NCBI GenBank assembly: GCA_043801325.1
Contig: JAZDMC010000052.1
Span: forward strand, 1-35,063
Source of the DNA: Candidatus Woesearchaeota archaeon
GTDB lineage: Archaea > Nanobdellota > Nanobdellia > Woesearchaeales > GW2011-AR4
Reading direction: 5' to 3'
Length of the DNA stretch: 35,063 nucleotides
The notes under the pieces are model-generated. The model saw only the letters and a program-made list of their open reading frames with translations. It was not told where the DNA came from and did not search any database. Positions 26,520-35,025 of this stretch are shown piece after piece. The translations under genes were made by a program, and so were the position numbers. Position 1 is the first letter of the stretch. Every line of letters starts with the position of its first letter.

Positions 26520-27179
26520 TTATCTGCTTTTATTAACACCAATTCTTTGGCAAAATCTTCTTATTTTACATTTAGAGCAAAAAGGGCTTATTGGAACACA
26601 AATATTTTGTCCATGAGCTACAAGCAAGTTGTTTATGTCATGCCAGTATTTTTTTGGGATTGTTTTCATTAAAGCTATTTCTGTTTTCTCTGGTGTTTTT
26701 GTGTTTACCCAGCCCAATCTGTTTGTTATTTTATGAACGTGGGTATCAACAGGAATTGATACATTTTTATTAAATCCGTAACACATTACAATTCCCATGC
26801 ATTTTCTTCCAATGCCTGGAAGTTTAAGTAATTCTTGTTCACTTTTAGGAACTTTTCCATTATGATCTTTAATCAGAATTTTACATGTTTTTTTTATATA
26901 TTTTGCTTTTGTCGGGCAAAAGCCAACTGGGTAAATTGCTTTTTCAATTTGTTTTTTTGAAAGATTTAGCATATCTTTTGGATTGTCTGCTAAATTGAAT
27001 AGTCTTTTTGCAGCAGGACCTGTTGCAGAGTCTTTGGTCCTTAAACTTAGAATGCAGGAAATCAAAACTTCAAAGGGGTTTTTTGTTTTTTCCCCTATTT
27101 CTGTTGCAATTGGATTTTCAAACTGCTTTATTTCTTTTTTTAACAGAGAAATTATTTTAGAGATGTTTTTCATTCCCAA
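26520..27179 (-). CDS. nth: Endonuclease III (DNA glycosylase/AP lyase)
   Basis: HhH-GPD elements LLKLPGIGRKCMGIV and VDTHVHKITNRLGW. C-terminal 4Fe-4S ligands C-x6-C-x2-C-x5-C in CVPISPFCSKCKIRRFC. Confidence 0.9.
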   Translation of the reverse strand: MGMKNISKIISLLKKEIKQFENPIATEIGEKTKNPFEVLISCILSLRTKDSATGPAAKRLFNLADNPKDMLNLSKKQIEKAIYPVGFCPTKAKYIKKTCKILIKDHNGKVPKSEQELLKLPGIGRKCMGIVMCYGFNKNVSIPVDTHVHKITNRLGWVNTKTPEKTEIALMKTIPKKYWHDINNLLVAHGQNICVPISPFCSKCKIRRFCQRIGVNKSR

Positions 27180-28228
27180 ACCCCGGGTATTTTCTCACTG
27201 CATTTTGCGCATTTTTCATTCTTTACGTTTTCAATTCTTACTGAATAGCCGCTTCTTTTTATAAGTAAAGTATTGCATTTTGGGCAATAAGTGTTAGAAT
27301 GCTTTTCATCCAAGATATTTCCAACATATATGTAATTTAATCCGGATTTTTTTCCGATGTTGTAAGCTTTTTCCAAAACATTGTAACTTGTAGAGGGGAT
27401 ATCAGTCATTTTATAGTCTGGATGAAATGCAGTAACGTGCCAAGGGATATTTTTGTCAATATTTGAGATGAAATCTGCTATTTGCTTTAGTTCTTTTTCT
27501 GAATCGTTTTTTCCTGGAATGATTAAAGTTGTAATTTCAATCCAGATTCCTAGTTTATGGGCTAGTTTTATTGTATCTAAAACAGGCTGCAATCGGGCTT
27601 TGCATATTTTTTTATAGAAATCTTCACTAAATGATTTTAGGTCAATATTCATTGCAGTTAAGTATGGCTTTAAAAGTGTTAAGGCTTCTTCTGTTTCATA
27701 GCCGTTTGTGACAAAAACATTTTTTATTCCTTTTTTGTTTGCAAGTTTTGCAGTGTCATATGCGTATTCAAAAAATATTGATGGCTCATTATAGGTATAC
27801 GCAACACTTGGGATGTTTCTTTCAATACATATATCTATGATTTTTTCTGGCGGTAAATCGTAGCCAAATCTGCTTATTTCAACATCTATTTTTGATATCC
27901 TTTTTTCCTTTAATAACTTGTTTTTTAGGTCTTTTATGATTTGGGAGATGTCCCAGTTCTGGCAGAAATCGCATGCAAAATTACATCCTACTGTTCCTAC
28001 TGAGAATATTTCTGTTTCTGGAAGGAAATGGTATAATGGCTTTTTTTCAATTGGGTCTATGTTATAAGAAGATGCTTTTCCATAAACTAGTACGTATAGT
28101 TTTCCATCTTTATTTTGCCGTACGCTGCAGATGCCCGTGTTGTTTGGCGTTATAATACAATTTTGTTTGCATGCAGTGCACTGGACTTTGTTATTCTCTA
28201 ATTTTTTGTATAGAATTGCTTCGTACAT
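27170..28228 (-). CDS. Radical SAM enzyme, AmmeMemoRadiSam/PflA-like activase type
   Basis: C-x3-C-x2-C in GCNFACDFCQNW, an N-terminal Cys-rich segment (CTACKQNC...GICSVR) and a C-terminal zinc-ribbon-like CPKC...CAKC. It overlaps nth by 10 nt. Confidence 0.8.
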   Translation of the reverse strand: MYEAILYKKLENNKVQCTACKQNCIITPNNTGICSVRQNKDGKLYVLVYGKASSYNIDPIEKKPLYHFLPETEIFSVGTVGCNFACDFCQNWDISQIIKDLKNKLLKEKRISKIDVEISRFGYDLPPEKIIDICIERNIPSVAYTYNEPSIFFEYAYDTAKLANKKGIKNVFVTNGYETEEALTLLKPYLTAMNIDLKSFSEDFYKKICKARLQPVLDTIKLAHKLGIWIEITTLIIPGKNDSEKELKQIADFISNIDKNIPWHVTAFHPDYKMTDIPSTSYNVLEKAYNIGKKSGLNYIYVGNILDEKHSNTYCPKCNTLLIKRSGYSVRIENVKNEKCAKCSEKIPGVWE

Positions 28229-28313
28229 AGCAGTTGATTATATTTATAAGTTTAAAAATATTATTAAAATTACTTTAGAAAGATTTAATAAAAAGAAGCT
28301 ATTAGCAATAATC

Positions 28314-28655
28314 ATGAGATGGGTTTTAAGGTCAAAGATTTATAATGCAACTGTAACAGAAGCTAATGTAAATTATATTGGAAGCATCACCATTGATGAG
28401 GAGCTAATAGAAAAAGCTGGTTTTTGGAATGGTGAAAAGGTTTTGGTTGTAAGCAATACTACCGGAGTCAGGCTAGAGACTTATGTAATACCTGGAAAAA
28501 AAGATTCTGGAGTTATTTGTATGAATGGTGCTGCTGCTCATTTAATCAAAGTTGGAGAAGAAGTGATTGTAATGGGTTTTGAACTAACTGATAAGCCAAT
28601 TAAACCCAAGAATATACTTGTTGATAAAGAGAATAGGTATGTTGGGGGGTTGTGA
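28314..28655 (+). CDS. panD: Aspartate 1-decarboxylase (pyruvoyl-dependent)
   Basis: MRWVLRSKIYNATVTEANVNYIGSITIDEELI...MNGAAAHLIKVGEEVIVMGF parallels bacterial PanD, including the Gly-Ser self-cleavage site (YIGS) and NGAAAH. The track ORF start at 28131 runs antisense into the radical SAM gene and is rejected. Confidence 0.85.
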   Translation: MRWVLRSKIYNATVTEANVNYIGSITIDEELIEKAGFWNGEKVLVVSNTTGVRLETYVIPGKKDSGVICMNGAAAHLIKVGEEVIVMGFELTDKPIKPKNILVDKENRYVGGL

Positions 28656-28680
28656 GAAAAGTTAGAATTAAAAATAAAAA

Positions 28681-29382
28681 TTACCAGGGCTTATAAGGCA
28701 TCTGCGCTCCTGTTTCTGCAAGTATTCCCTCATATTGCTGGGCTAGAGGCGCTATTGTTGCGCCGAAAACAGCTAAAGACAGTGCTCCTTTGATGTCTCT
28801 ATCTTGTTTGCTTTTTGAAAGGTACTCTTTAACACCACCAACAATAGAAGCGTAAGCATTGTCCATTTGTCCTAATGCTTGGTATAAGCTTATTGTGATT
28901 ATGTCTGGATGAGCTCTCGTTTCACTTCCCTGCACTTGGTCCAGTCCCCTCTTTACTAATTCTTCAAGGTTTTCTTTAACTGCTTGAGGAACATTTAATA
29001 CAGATTTTTCATTAGATAGAATTTCAGGATTCCTTGTTGCTGCTACTGCAAGCCAGAAACGTTCATGAGGCTTGTAGGCATCTTTTATTACATCAGGTAA
29101 AGTATCATAACCAACTTTTGCATCTGCTACATCAGAGTTAGAAACCCAGTGAGAACCTAAGCCGCGCATTAATTTGTATCTATTGCTTTTGCCACCTTTA
29201 CTATAATTAAGTGTATCTTGTTTTATACCAATTGTAGATAAATCAAAGTCATAAGAAGTAAGATTTATATCAGTAATAGATTTTTGCTCTTCAACACTAG
29301 ATGTAGCATTCTCTTCAGTACTATCTCCACCAAGTTTCTTTGCCATACCGTGTGGAAATGATGGAAGTGCTTTTCGTGCCAT
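28681..29382 (-). CDS. Hypothetical protein
   Basis: 233-aa ORF with a probably disordered N-terminus and a helical C-terminal half. No recognisable motif. Confidence 0.5.
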   Translation of the reverse strand: MARKALPSFPHGMAKKLGGDSTEENATSSVEEQKSITDINLTSYDFDLSTIGIKQDTLNYSKGGKSNRYKLMRGLGSHWVSNSDVADAKVGYDTLPDVIKDAYKPHERFWLAVAATRNPEILSNEKSVLNVPQAVKENLEELVKRGLDQVQGSETRAHPDIITISLYQALGQMDNAYASIVGGVKEYLSKSKQDRDIKGALSLAVFGATIAPLAQQYEGILAETGAQMPYKPW

Positions 29383-29435
29383 TTTTCTTTCATAAATCTG
29401 AATTACTAGCTCATATATAAAGCTTTCGGTTGTGA

Positions 29436-30389
29436 CTACTCTAGAGTAATTAATGTTTGTGGAGGTACGTGTTTTGAAACCAACTTATTGTAAATATTGA
29501 CCATAACTGTGTTGTAGAGGTGTGGGTTTTTAGTTAAATAATCATTCTTAATGGAAGAGTTACTTACTTCTAGGAAATACTGGTCCATACTGTCTTGGGC
29601 TGCCTTATTTCTAAGTTTTTTAAGCCCGTTGGTCTTATGAAATTGGTAATTCTTATAGTTTTTAAACCCTTCAATCAGTAGTTTTGACGCTTTATTTTTA
29701 TTCCCTGCAGCTATTGCTGTTAGGCCTGCCTGTATCTGGTAGTCCCAGATTGAAGACTTGGTTTCTTTGTCCTTTTTAAAGAAGGGTATAGCGCTTTCAT
29801 AAAGCCTTAAGGCTGTTTTGTAATCTTCTAACTGTTCTGATATTAGCCCCATGGTCCACTGCAATTGACCGGCAATTCCTGGCTTTTTTTCAGAAAAATG
29901 CATCGCAGCTAAACCATAAGCATTCCATACTCTATCAAAAAGTTCGCTTTTTCCTTTTTTACGTTCTTCCAATGCTTTTTCTTCGATACCAGCAGTTTTA
30001 TCTTTTAAAGTTTTGAGTATTTTATCATCATACTTCTGAGAATTCTGAGAGGCATAAAACCAGACTAAATCATCAATTCCTCTTGTTGATGCGGACTGCT
30101 CTCTAAGATTAAATGCGTTTGTCTTTGCAATATTAGCATCCTTCGGCAATTCTCTTTCATTGCAAAGTTGTTCCAGCATATCATAGGCTTTAGCAGCATG
30201 ACCTAGATATCCATTTTCTGTTAAGTAAGATTCTAAGATACTAAGTTCCTGTTTAGCCTTGCTTATTTCCCCTTGCTGAAAAAGAACAGTTACAGAGGAC
30301 ATTCCCCTTTCTAAGCCTGCGTCGGGATTTCCACCCTCAATAATCCCCTTAGCTTGCCTAGATATTATTCTATTTGCTACTTTAGCCAT
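29436..30389 (-). CDS. Hypothetical helical-repeat (TPR-like) protein
   Basis: 317 aa. It contains repeated helix-pair segments of about 34 residues with A/G/Y/L periodicity (AAKAYDMLEQL, WNAYGLAAMHF, YKTALRLYESAI, IQAGLTAIAAGN). Confidence 0.5.
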   Translation of the reverse strand: MAKVANRIISRQAKGIIEGGNPDAGLERGMSSVTVLFQQGEISKAKQELSILESYLTENGYLGHAAKAYDMLEQLCNERELPKDANIAKTNAFNLREQSASTRGIDDLVWFYASQNSQKYDDKILKTLKDKTAGIEEKALEERKKGKSELFDRVWNAYGLAAMHFSEKKPGIAGQLQWTMGLISEQLEDYKTALRLYESAIPFFKKDKETKSSIWDYQIQAGLTAIAAGNKNKASKLLIEGFKNYKNYQFHKTNGLKKLRNKAAQDSMDQYFLEVSNSSIKNDYLTKNPHLYNTVMVNIYNKLVSKHVPPQTLITLE

Positions 30390-30505
30390 AATGATCTACC
30401 CCTATTTTTACAAATTTATTTCTTTTTCTCATATAGGCAAATTATGGAAAGAACCCCTATATAAATCTTTCTATTTATTTGTTACTTGATGGTAGTTATA
30501 TTTGG

Positions 30506-31228
30506 CTATTTCAGGATTCTTCCTGTTCTTCTGCTCCAGAGAAGTAAGTCTAAATCATCCATTGGGATATCTATTTCGTTGCTGAAAAGCTTCATTTTCT
30601 GCTCTATGTCATAGTAGACCCTGCTTGTTAAGGGCATCTTAATTTCATCTATGACATGGAATTCAAGCAAAGAATTCAGAATATGCTTATCAAGAATAGC
30701 ATAACCCTTAAACCCAATATTTCTCAAAAAATGAGATGCTTCTTTATATCCAAGACCTTTTATGCCTTTGTTAAAAGCAAAGAAATCCCTTAATTCATTA
30801 ATGTTATCTTTTAATGACTCTATTTTATCCTTCAATTTAAAGTTAAAAATATTCAAATAGTTTCTTGTATGAATAATGTAAGCCGGCCTTAATGTATTAA
30901 AGCGGTAAATTCCTTCCAAGCGTTTAGTCATTTGTTCTGCTGTTCCATTAATCAATAAATCCCGTATAGAATCAATGGCTTTCAAGCCCATTTCTGCTGA
31001 AGTATTAGCGGTTAAGATGCAGAAACAAAGCTCTTCAAATATACGCTCATCACCATTCTTATCAACTTTCCTTAACTCCATTTTATTGTTTTCATAAAAC
31101 CAGGAGTAAGGTTCATTATAGAATCTATCAAATTCCTTTAATCTTTTGGCTATTTTATTTTTTTTAATAGAATACTCTTTTTTCAGGTTTCTTATGCTTG
31201 AACTGTCTGATAGTTTTATGGTTTGCAT
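30506..31228 (-). CDS. ogg: 8-oxoguanine DNA glycosylase/AP lyase, archaeal Ogg2 type
   Basis: ELCFCILTANTSAEMGLKAI and the HhH segment GLGYKEASHFLRNIGFKGYAILDKHIL match the archaeal N-glycosylase/DNA lyase family. Confidence 0.85.
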   Translation of the reverse strand: MQTIKLSDSSSIRNLKKEYSIKKNKIAKRLKEFDRFYNEPYSWFYENNKMELRKVDKNGDERIFEELCFCILTANTSAEMGLKAIDSIRDLLINGTAEQMTKRLEGIYRFNTLRPAYIIHTRNYLNIFNFKLKDKIESLKDNINELRDFFAFNKGIKGLGYKEASHFLRNIGFKGYAILDKHILNSLLEFHVIDEIKMPLTSRVYYDIEQKMKLFSNEIDIPMDDLDLLLWSRRTGRILK

Positions 31229-31229
31229 T

Positions 31230-31745
31230 TTATTTTACTTTAGCATATAATATTGCATCTAAAAACTTTCCATCCTTTAAATGGAATTTTCTCATAATTC
31301 CTTCACGTTTGTAGCCATTTTTCTCTAAAACGCGAGCAGAGGCTTTATTTTTTAAAAAAACAGTAGCATAAATTCTTTTTAAGTGTAGTTTCTTAAACCC
31401 AAAATTAGTTACAAGCTTTACAGCTTCTGTTACAATGCCTTTTCCCCAATATTTTTTACCAAGCCAATAACCAATTTCTGCTTTATGATTCTCTATATTT
31501 AAAAAACCTGCTCCTCCAACAACTTTTCTATTGATATCTATTGCAAAATTAATTTCAGTTTTCTTTTTATTCCGTTTTTTGCAACGAGCAATCCATTGTT
31601 TTGCGTCTTTTTGTTTATAAGGATAAGGTATATTGCATGTATACCTATAAATAACCTTATCATTTATATTTTTGATAAGAGACTCTTCGTCGCCTTTTCT
31701 GTAAGGCCTTAATATAAACTTTTTTGATTTGATTATTTTATTCAT
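31230..31745 (-). CDS. GNAT family N-acetyltransferase (RimJ/RimL-like)
   Basis: FILRPYRKGDEESL, IGYWLGKKYWGKGIVTEA (acetyl-CoA motif A) and NKASARVLEKNGYKREG. Confidence 0.85.
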   Translation of the reverse strand: MNKIIKSKKFILRPYRKGDEESLIKNINDKVIYRYTCNIPYPYKQKDAKQWIARCKKRNKKKTEINFAIDINRKVVGGAGFLNIENHKAEIGYWLGKKYWGKGIVTEAVKLVTNFGFKKLHLKRIYATVFLKNKASARVLEKNGYKREGIMRKFHLKDGKFLDAILYAKVK

Positions 31746-31746
31746 T

Positions 31747-33630
31747 CTATCTCAAATGCTTCAGCCAGTTAGTCAGGTTAATCTGCTCTTCTTTTACTGC
31801 TCTTAAAAACAGCACTTGGTCATCTCTTGAGCCAAAGCGGTAAATGGAAATTCCTTTGCATCCAAGCTGGTATGCAAGCATATAAGTATTTTTCACATCA
31901 TCTACTGTTGCTATGTTAGGCAATGTTACTGTTTTTGATACAGCATTATCTGTATATTTTTGGAAAGCTGACTGAATTTTTACATGATATTCAGGACTTA
32001 TGTCATAGGAAACAACAAATACATTCCTTATGTCTTTTGGTATGGATTCCATATTCTGAATAGAACCTTTTTTTGCTATGTATTTCATAAATTCCTTATT
32101 GTAGAGATTTTTCTTCTTTAGGGCTTCTTTAAAATTTTTGTCGGCAGTTAAAAGTTCAGTGCCATCTTCAAGAACCCTCATAAAAGATAATGCAAATAAT
32201 GGCTCTATGCCAAAAGAAGTATTTGCAATGATGCTTATAGAGCCTGTAGGAGCTAATGTAAGCCTGGTAGCGTTTCTTAATGGCATATGCTTTCCCTTAA
32301 AATACTTGGATTTTTTATTGTAAATGCTTTGGTCCCAGTTTGGAAAAGTAAGCCTTCCTTTAGCTAAATCTGCAGATGCTGCATCTGCTTCTTTTCTAAT
32401 GAAGGCAATCAGTTTTTCTGTTGTTTTTACAGCTTTTTCAGAATTATATGGAATTTTTAGCTTTATGAGCATATCCGCAAATCCCATTATCCCTAAGCCT
32501 ATTTTTCTATTTGCATAGACAATTTCTCTTGTTTCTGGAGTAGGATAGTTACACATATCTATAATATTATCAAGGAAATGGATTGCTTTATGTACTGTAT
32601 TTTTTAGTTTATTAAAATCAATTTTTCCATTTTGGATCATGTTAGAAAGGTTGATAGAACCTAAATTGGCAGATTCATAGGGCAATAAAGGCTGCTCACC
32701 GCATGAGTCAGTAGATTCTAAAATTCCGAGTTTTGGAGTTGGATTGTCTTTGTTTATTCTATCAAGAAATATTAATCCGGGGTCTCCTGTTTTGTGGGCT
32801 GTTTCACATATTAATTGAAATATTTTTCCCGCACTTTCTTCCTTGATTTTTTCCTGAGTTCTTGGATTGATTAAATCATAGTTTTTATTTTTTTTAACAG
32901 CATCCATGAATTTGTCTGTTACTGCTACTGAAATATTGAAGTTTTCCAGAACTTTTTGCTGAGCTTTTATTGTTACAAATTCCTCTATATCAGGATGGTC
33001 CACACGCAAAATTCCCATGTGAGCACCGCGCCTTAAGCCTCCCAGCTTAATCTGCTCTGTAACAGCATCAAAAATCTTCATAAATGATAATGGGCCAGAA
33101 GAAAAACCAGTTACTGAGGTTATAACATCATTTTTCGGCCTCAATCTTGAGAAATTAAAACCAGTTCCTGAGCCTGATTTTGATATTTTTGCTGCATAAT
33201 GCAATGCTTTGAATATTGAGTCTAGATTATCTTCAACTGGCAGAACAAAACATGCTGCTAATTGCTGCAAAGAACGTCCTGCATTGAATAAAGTCGGGGA
33301 ATTTGGCAGAAAATCCAAACTTGCCATCATGTTATAGAATTCTTTTTCGGTTTTTTCAATTCTGCTTTTAACTTTTTTATTTTTTCTTAGTAAATTTTTA
33401 AACTCTTTTGTTTTTACAAACTCAAAATATTCCTGGCCAGTGGCTTGCCCTATTTCTTCCTTGAGCAAATATTTTGCATCAGCTAATGCTATATTGTTTG
33501 CTACTCTACTGAATAAATCCTCTGGCTTTTCAATTACTTTTCCTTCAGTATTTTTTTTCAAATACCTTTTTTCAAGTATTTGCAGTGCATTATTGCTCAA
33601 ATTTAGTTTTGGCATTTTTTTAATACTCAA
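31747..33630 (-). CDS. nrdJ: Adenosylcobalamin-dependent (class II) ribonucleotide reductase
   Basis: LPNSPTLFNAGR, ACFVLPVEDNLDSIF, GSGTGFNFSRLRP, GGLRRGAHMGILRVDHPDIEEF, CGEQPLLPYESANLGSINL and LAPTGSISIIANTS are the conserved RNR barrel motifs, in class II arrangement. Confidence 0.9.
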   Translation of the reverse strand: MSIKKMPKLNLSNNALQILEKRYLKKNTEGKVIEKPEDLFSRVANNIALADAKYLLKEEIGQATGQEYFEFVKTKEFKNLLRKNKKVKSRIEKTEKEFYNMMASLDFLPNSPTLFNAGRSLQQLAACFVLPVEDNLDSIFKALHYAAKISKSGSGTGFNFSRLRPKNDVITSVTGFSSGPLSFMKIFDAVTEQIKLGGLRRGAHMGILRVDHPDIEEFVTIKAQQKVLENFNISVAVTDKFMDAVKKNKNYDLINPRTQEKIKEESAGKIFQLICETAHKTGDPGLIFLDRINKDNPTPKLGILESTDSCGEQPLLPYESANLGSINLSNMIQNGKIDFNKLKNTVHKAIHFLDNIIDMCNYPTPETREIVYANRKIGLGIMGFADMLIKLKIPYNSEKAVKTTEKLIAFIRKEADAASADLAKGRLTFPNWDQSIYNKKSKYFKGKHMPLRNATRLTLAPTGSISIIANTSFGIEPLFALSFMRVLEDGTELLTADKNFKEALKKKNLYNKEFMKYIAKKGSIQNMESIPKDIRNVFVVSYDISPEYHVKIQSAFQKYTDNAVSKTVTLPNIATVDDVKNTYMLAYQLGCKGISIYRFGSRDDQVLFLRAVKEEQINLTNWLKHLR

Positions 33631-34234
33631 TTCCTTTTCTTGCTTTTATACCTTTCTGCCATGGATGCTTTATATTTTTAATGTATGAAACATAATCTGC
33701 TCTTTCAATTAGTTCTTCCGGAGCGTCTCTTCCAGTAAAAACCAATTCAACATTTCCATGATTTTCGATTAAATCAATAACATCCTTTATTGGTATAAAG
33801 CCTTTGTTTAATACAACATTTATCTCATCCAATATTACAACATCATAAATTTCAGAACTTATTATTTTTTTTGCATGCTGGAATCCAAGCATTGCAGCTT
33901 CCTTTTCCTCATCATCTGGGTTAAATACAAATTTGCTTCCTTTATCCCTAAAGACATTAAGCTTTTGCTGCCTTTCTTTTACTGCATCAACGCCAAACTG
34001 GATTATGTCCATCCCAGGAAGGTGCCTTTTGATTGTATGGAATTCGCCGGTTGGCACTGATTTAAGGAATTGTATCATGTAAACTTTTAGATTGCCTCCT
34101 AAGGCTCTTACAGCTAAGCCAATAGATGAAGTAGTTTTGCCTTTACCATCCCCTGTTAAAACATGGACAAGACCAAGATGGCTTTTGTCTTCATCTCCTT
34201 CTACTATGATTTTTTCTTTTATTTTAGTTACCAT
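33620..34234 (-). CDS. cobO: Cob(I)alamin/cob(I)yrinic acid a,c-diamide adenosyltransferase (CobA/CobO/BtuR type)
   Basis: P-loop LTGDGKGKTTSSIG, VILDEIN and the C-terminal HPWQKGIKARKGIEY. It overlaps nrdJ by 11 nt. Confidence 0.88.
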   Translation of the reverse strand: MVTKIKEKIIVEGDEDKSHLGLVHVLTGDGKGKTTSSIGLAVRALGGNLKVYMIQFLKSVPTGEFHTIKRHLPGMDIIQFGVDAVKERQQKLNVFRDKGSKFVFNPDDEEKEAAMLGFQHAKKIISSEIYDVVILDEINVVLNKGFIPIKDVIDLIENHGNVELVFTGRDAPEELIERADYVSYIKNIKHPWQKGIKARKGIEY

Positions 34235-34324
34235 CCCAACCCACTAAATAAGCTGTATATTTAATAGTTTTTCGGAATTTGAAGGAGAAAATAGTGAATA
34301 AATAGAGCTATAATCCCTGTGTGT

Positions 34325-34735
34325 TTAAACAAACTTCTTAATCATTTCTTGGACTCTCTGCATCTCTTGGTCAACATATTTTTTATGGGACCATGTGATT
34401 CTTAGCCTATCTCCTTTGAATCTTGGAATTATGTGGATATGGGCATGAGCTACTAACTGGCCTGCTATTTTGCCGTTGTTCATTATTATGTTATAGCTCC
34501 CATTGCCTATTGACAATGACAATGCTTTTGTGACTTTTTTTGTGGCTTTGATTAAATTTGCTAAATCTTCATCCGGAATGTCAAGCAAGGTTTCATAGTG
34601 TTTTTTAGGAACAACTAGGCAATGGCCTTTGTTGGCTGGCATAATGTCAAGAAAACTTATCACGTTATCATCTTCATAAACCTTAGCTGATGGTATTTTT
34701 CCATCAATTATTTTGCAGAAAATACAGTCTTCCAT
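34325..34735 (-). CDS. HIT family (histidine triad) nucleotide hydrolase/transferase
   Basis: CIFCKI at the N-terminus and the histidine triad HAHIHIIPR. Confidence 0.9.
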   Translation of the reverse strand: MEDCIFCKIIDGKIPSAKVYEDDNVISFLDIMPANKGHCLVVPKKHYETLLDIPDEDLANLIKATKKVTKALSLSIGNGSYNIIMNNGKIAGQLVAHAHIHIIPRFKGDRLRITWSHKKYVDQEMQRVQEMIKKFV

Positions 34736-34788
34736 TTTGTTTCCTCTTTTTGATTGGGTAAGACTAGGTTATTATTAATAGTTTTGAT

Positions 34789-34794
34789 AAAAAA
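34789..34794 (-). terminator. Oligo-T (T6) run immediately 3' of the structured RNA
   Basis: The minus strand reads ...CCGGUCCAUUUUUUAUC. Archaeal RNA polymerase commonly terminates at oligo-T tracts. Confidence 0.4.
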
Positions 34795-34795
34795 T

Positions 34796-34993
34796 GGACC
34801 GGCCGGGACTTTCACAATTTCTTTTCATTGCGAAGCACGGGTCACCGAACAAAGTGAGTGTGACCCTCTTTCTTTGCTCATTTCTTTTGAAAAGAAATGT
34901 TTTGAACCCGGAGTCTTTCCCTAGCCAAGGGAACACGATATTCTCCGAACACCAAACAAAGTTTGGCAATTCGCCAGATTTCGCCACCGGCCC
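34796..34993 (-). ncRNA. Unclassified 198-nt GC-rich structured RNA
   Basis: A GC-rich island sits in AT-rich flanks. On the minus strand, the 5' GGGCCGGU pairs with the 3' GCCGGUCC over 8 bp; two of these are G-U pairs that would be A-C mismatches on the plus strand. Internal perfect hairpins: CCAAAC/GUUUGG, UUCCCU/AGGGAA nested in CGGAG/CUCCG, CAUUUCUU/AAGAAAUG and GGGUCAC/GUGACCC. A TATA-like box lies about 25 nt upstream and a U6 run follows the 3' end. ORFs 34775-35014 and 34794-34997 are judged spurious. Confidence 0.6.
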
Positions 34994-35017
34994 ATAAAGT
35001 TGGGGTAAGTACAACAG

Positions 35018-35025
35018 TTTAAAAA
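35018..35025 (-). promoter_or_regulatory. TATA-like box (TTTTTAAA on the minus strand) upstream of the structured RNA
   Basis: It is centred about 25-30 nt upstream of the GGGCC 5' end at 34993, consistent with archaeal TATA-to-TSS spacing. Confidence 0.35.

Noticed and set aside
28131-28313. N-terminal 61 residues of track ORF 28131-28655
   Set aside because: This segment runs antisense through the 5' end of the radical SAM gene and its promoter region. PanD homology begins exactly at the ATG at 28314.
34796-34993. Calling the structured RNA RNase P RNA or SRP RNA outright
   Set aside because: The CR-I-like and CR-V-like strings carry insertions relative to the consensus, and I could not form P4 alongside the terminal helix. 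The SRP-like 5' end is not accompanied by a recognisable helix-8 motif. The length is about 100 nt too short for either canonical archaeal form. It is left unclassified pending covariance-model search.
34775-35014. ORFs 34775-35014 (-) and 34794-34997 (+)
   Set aside because: Both span the GC-rich island, which folds into multiple perfect hairpins with paired ends and has a TATA box and oligo-T. The translations show no protein-like features. I interpret the locus as an RNA gene.
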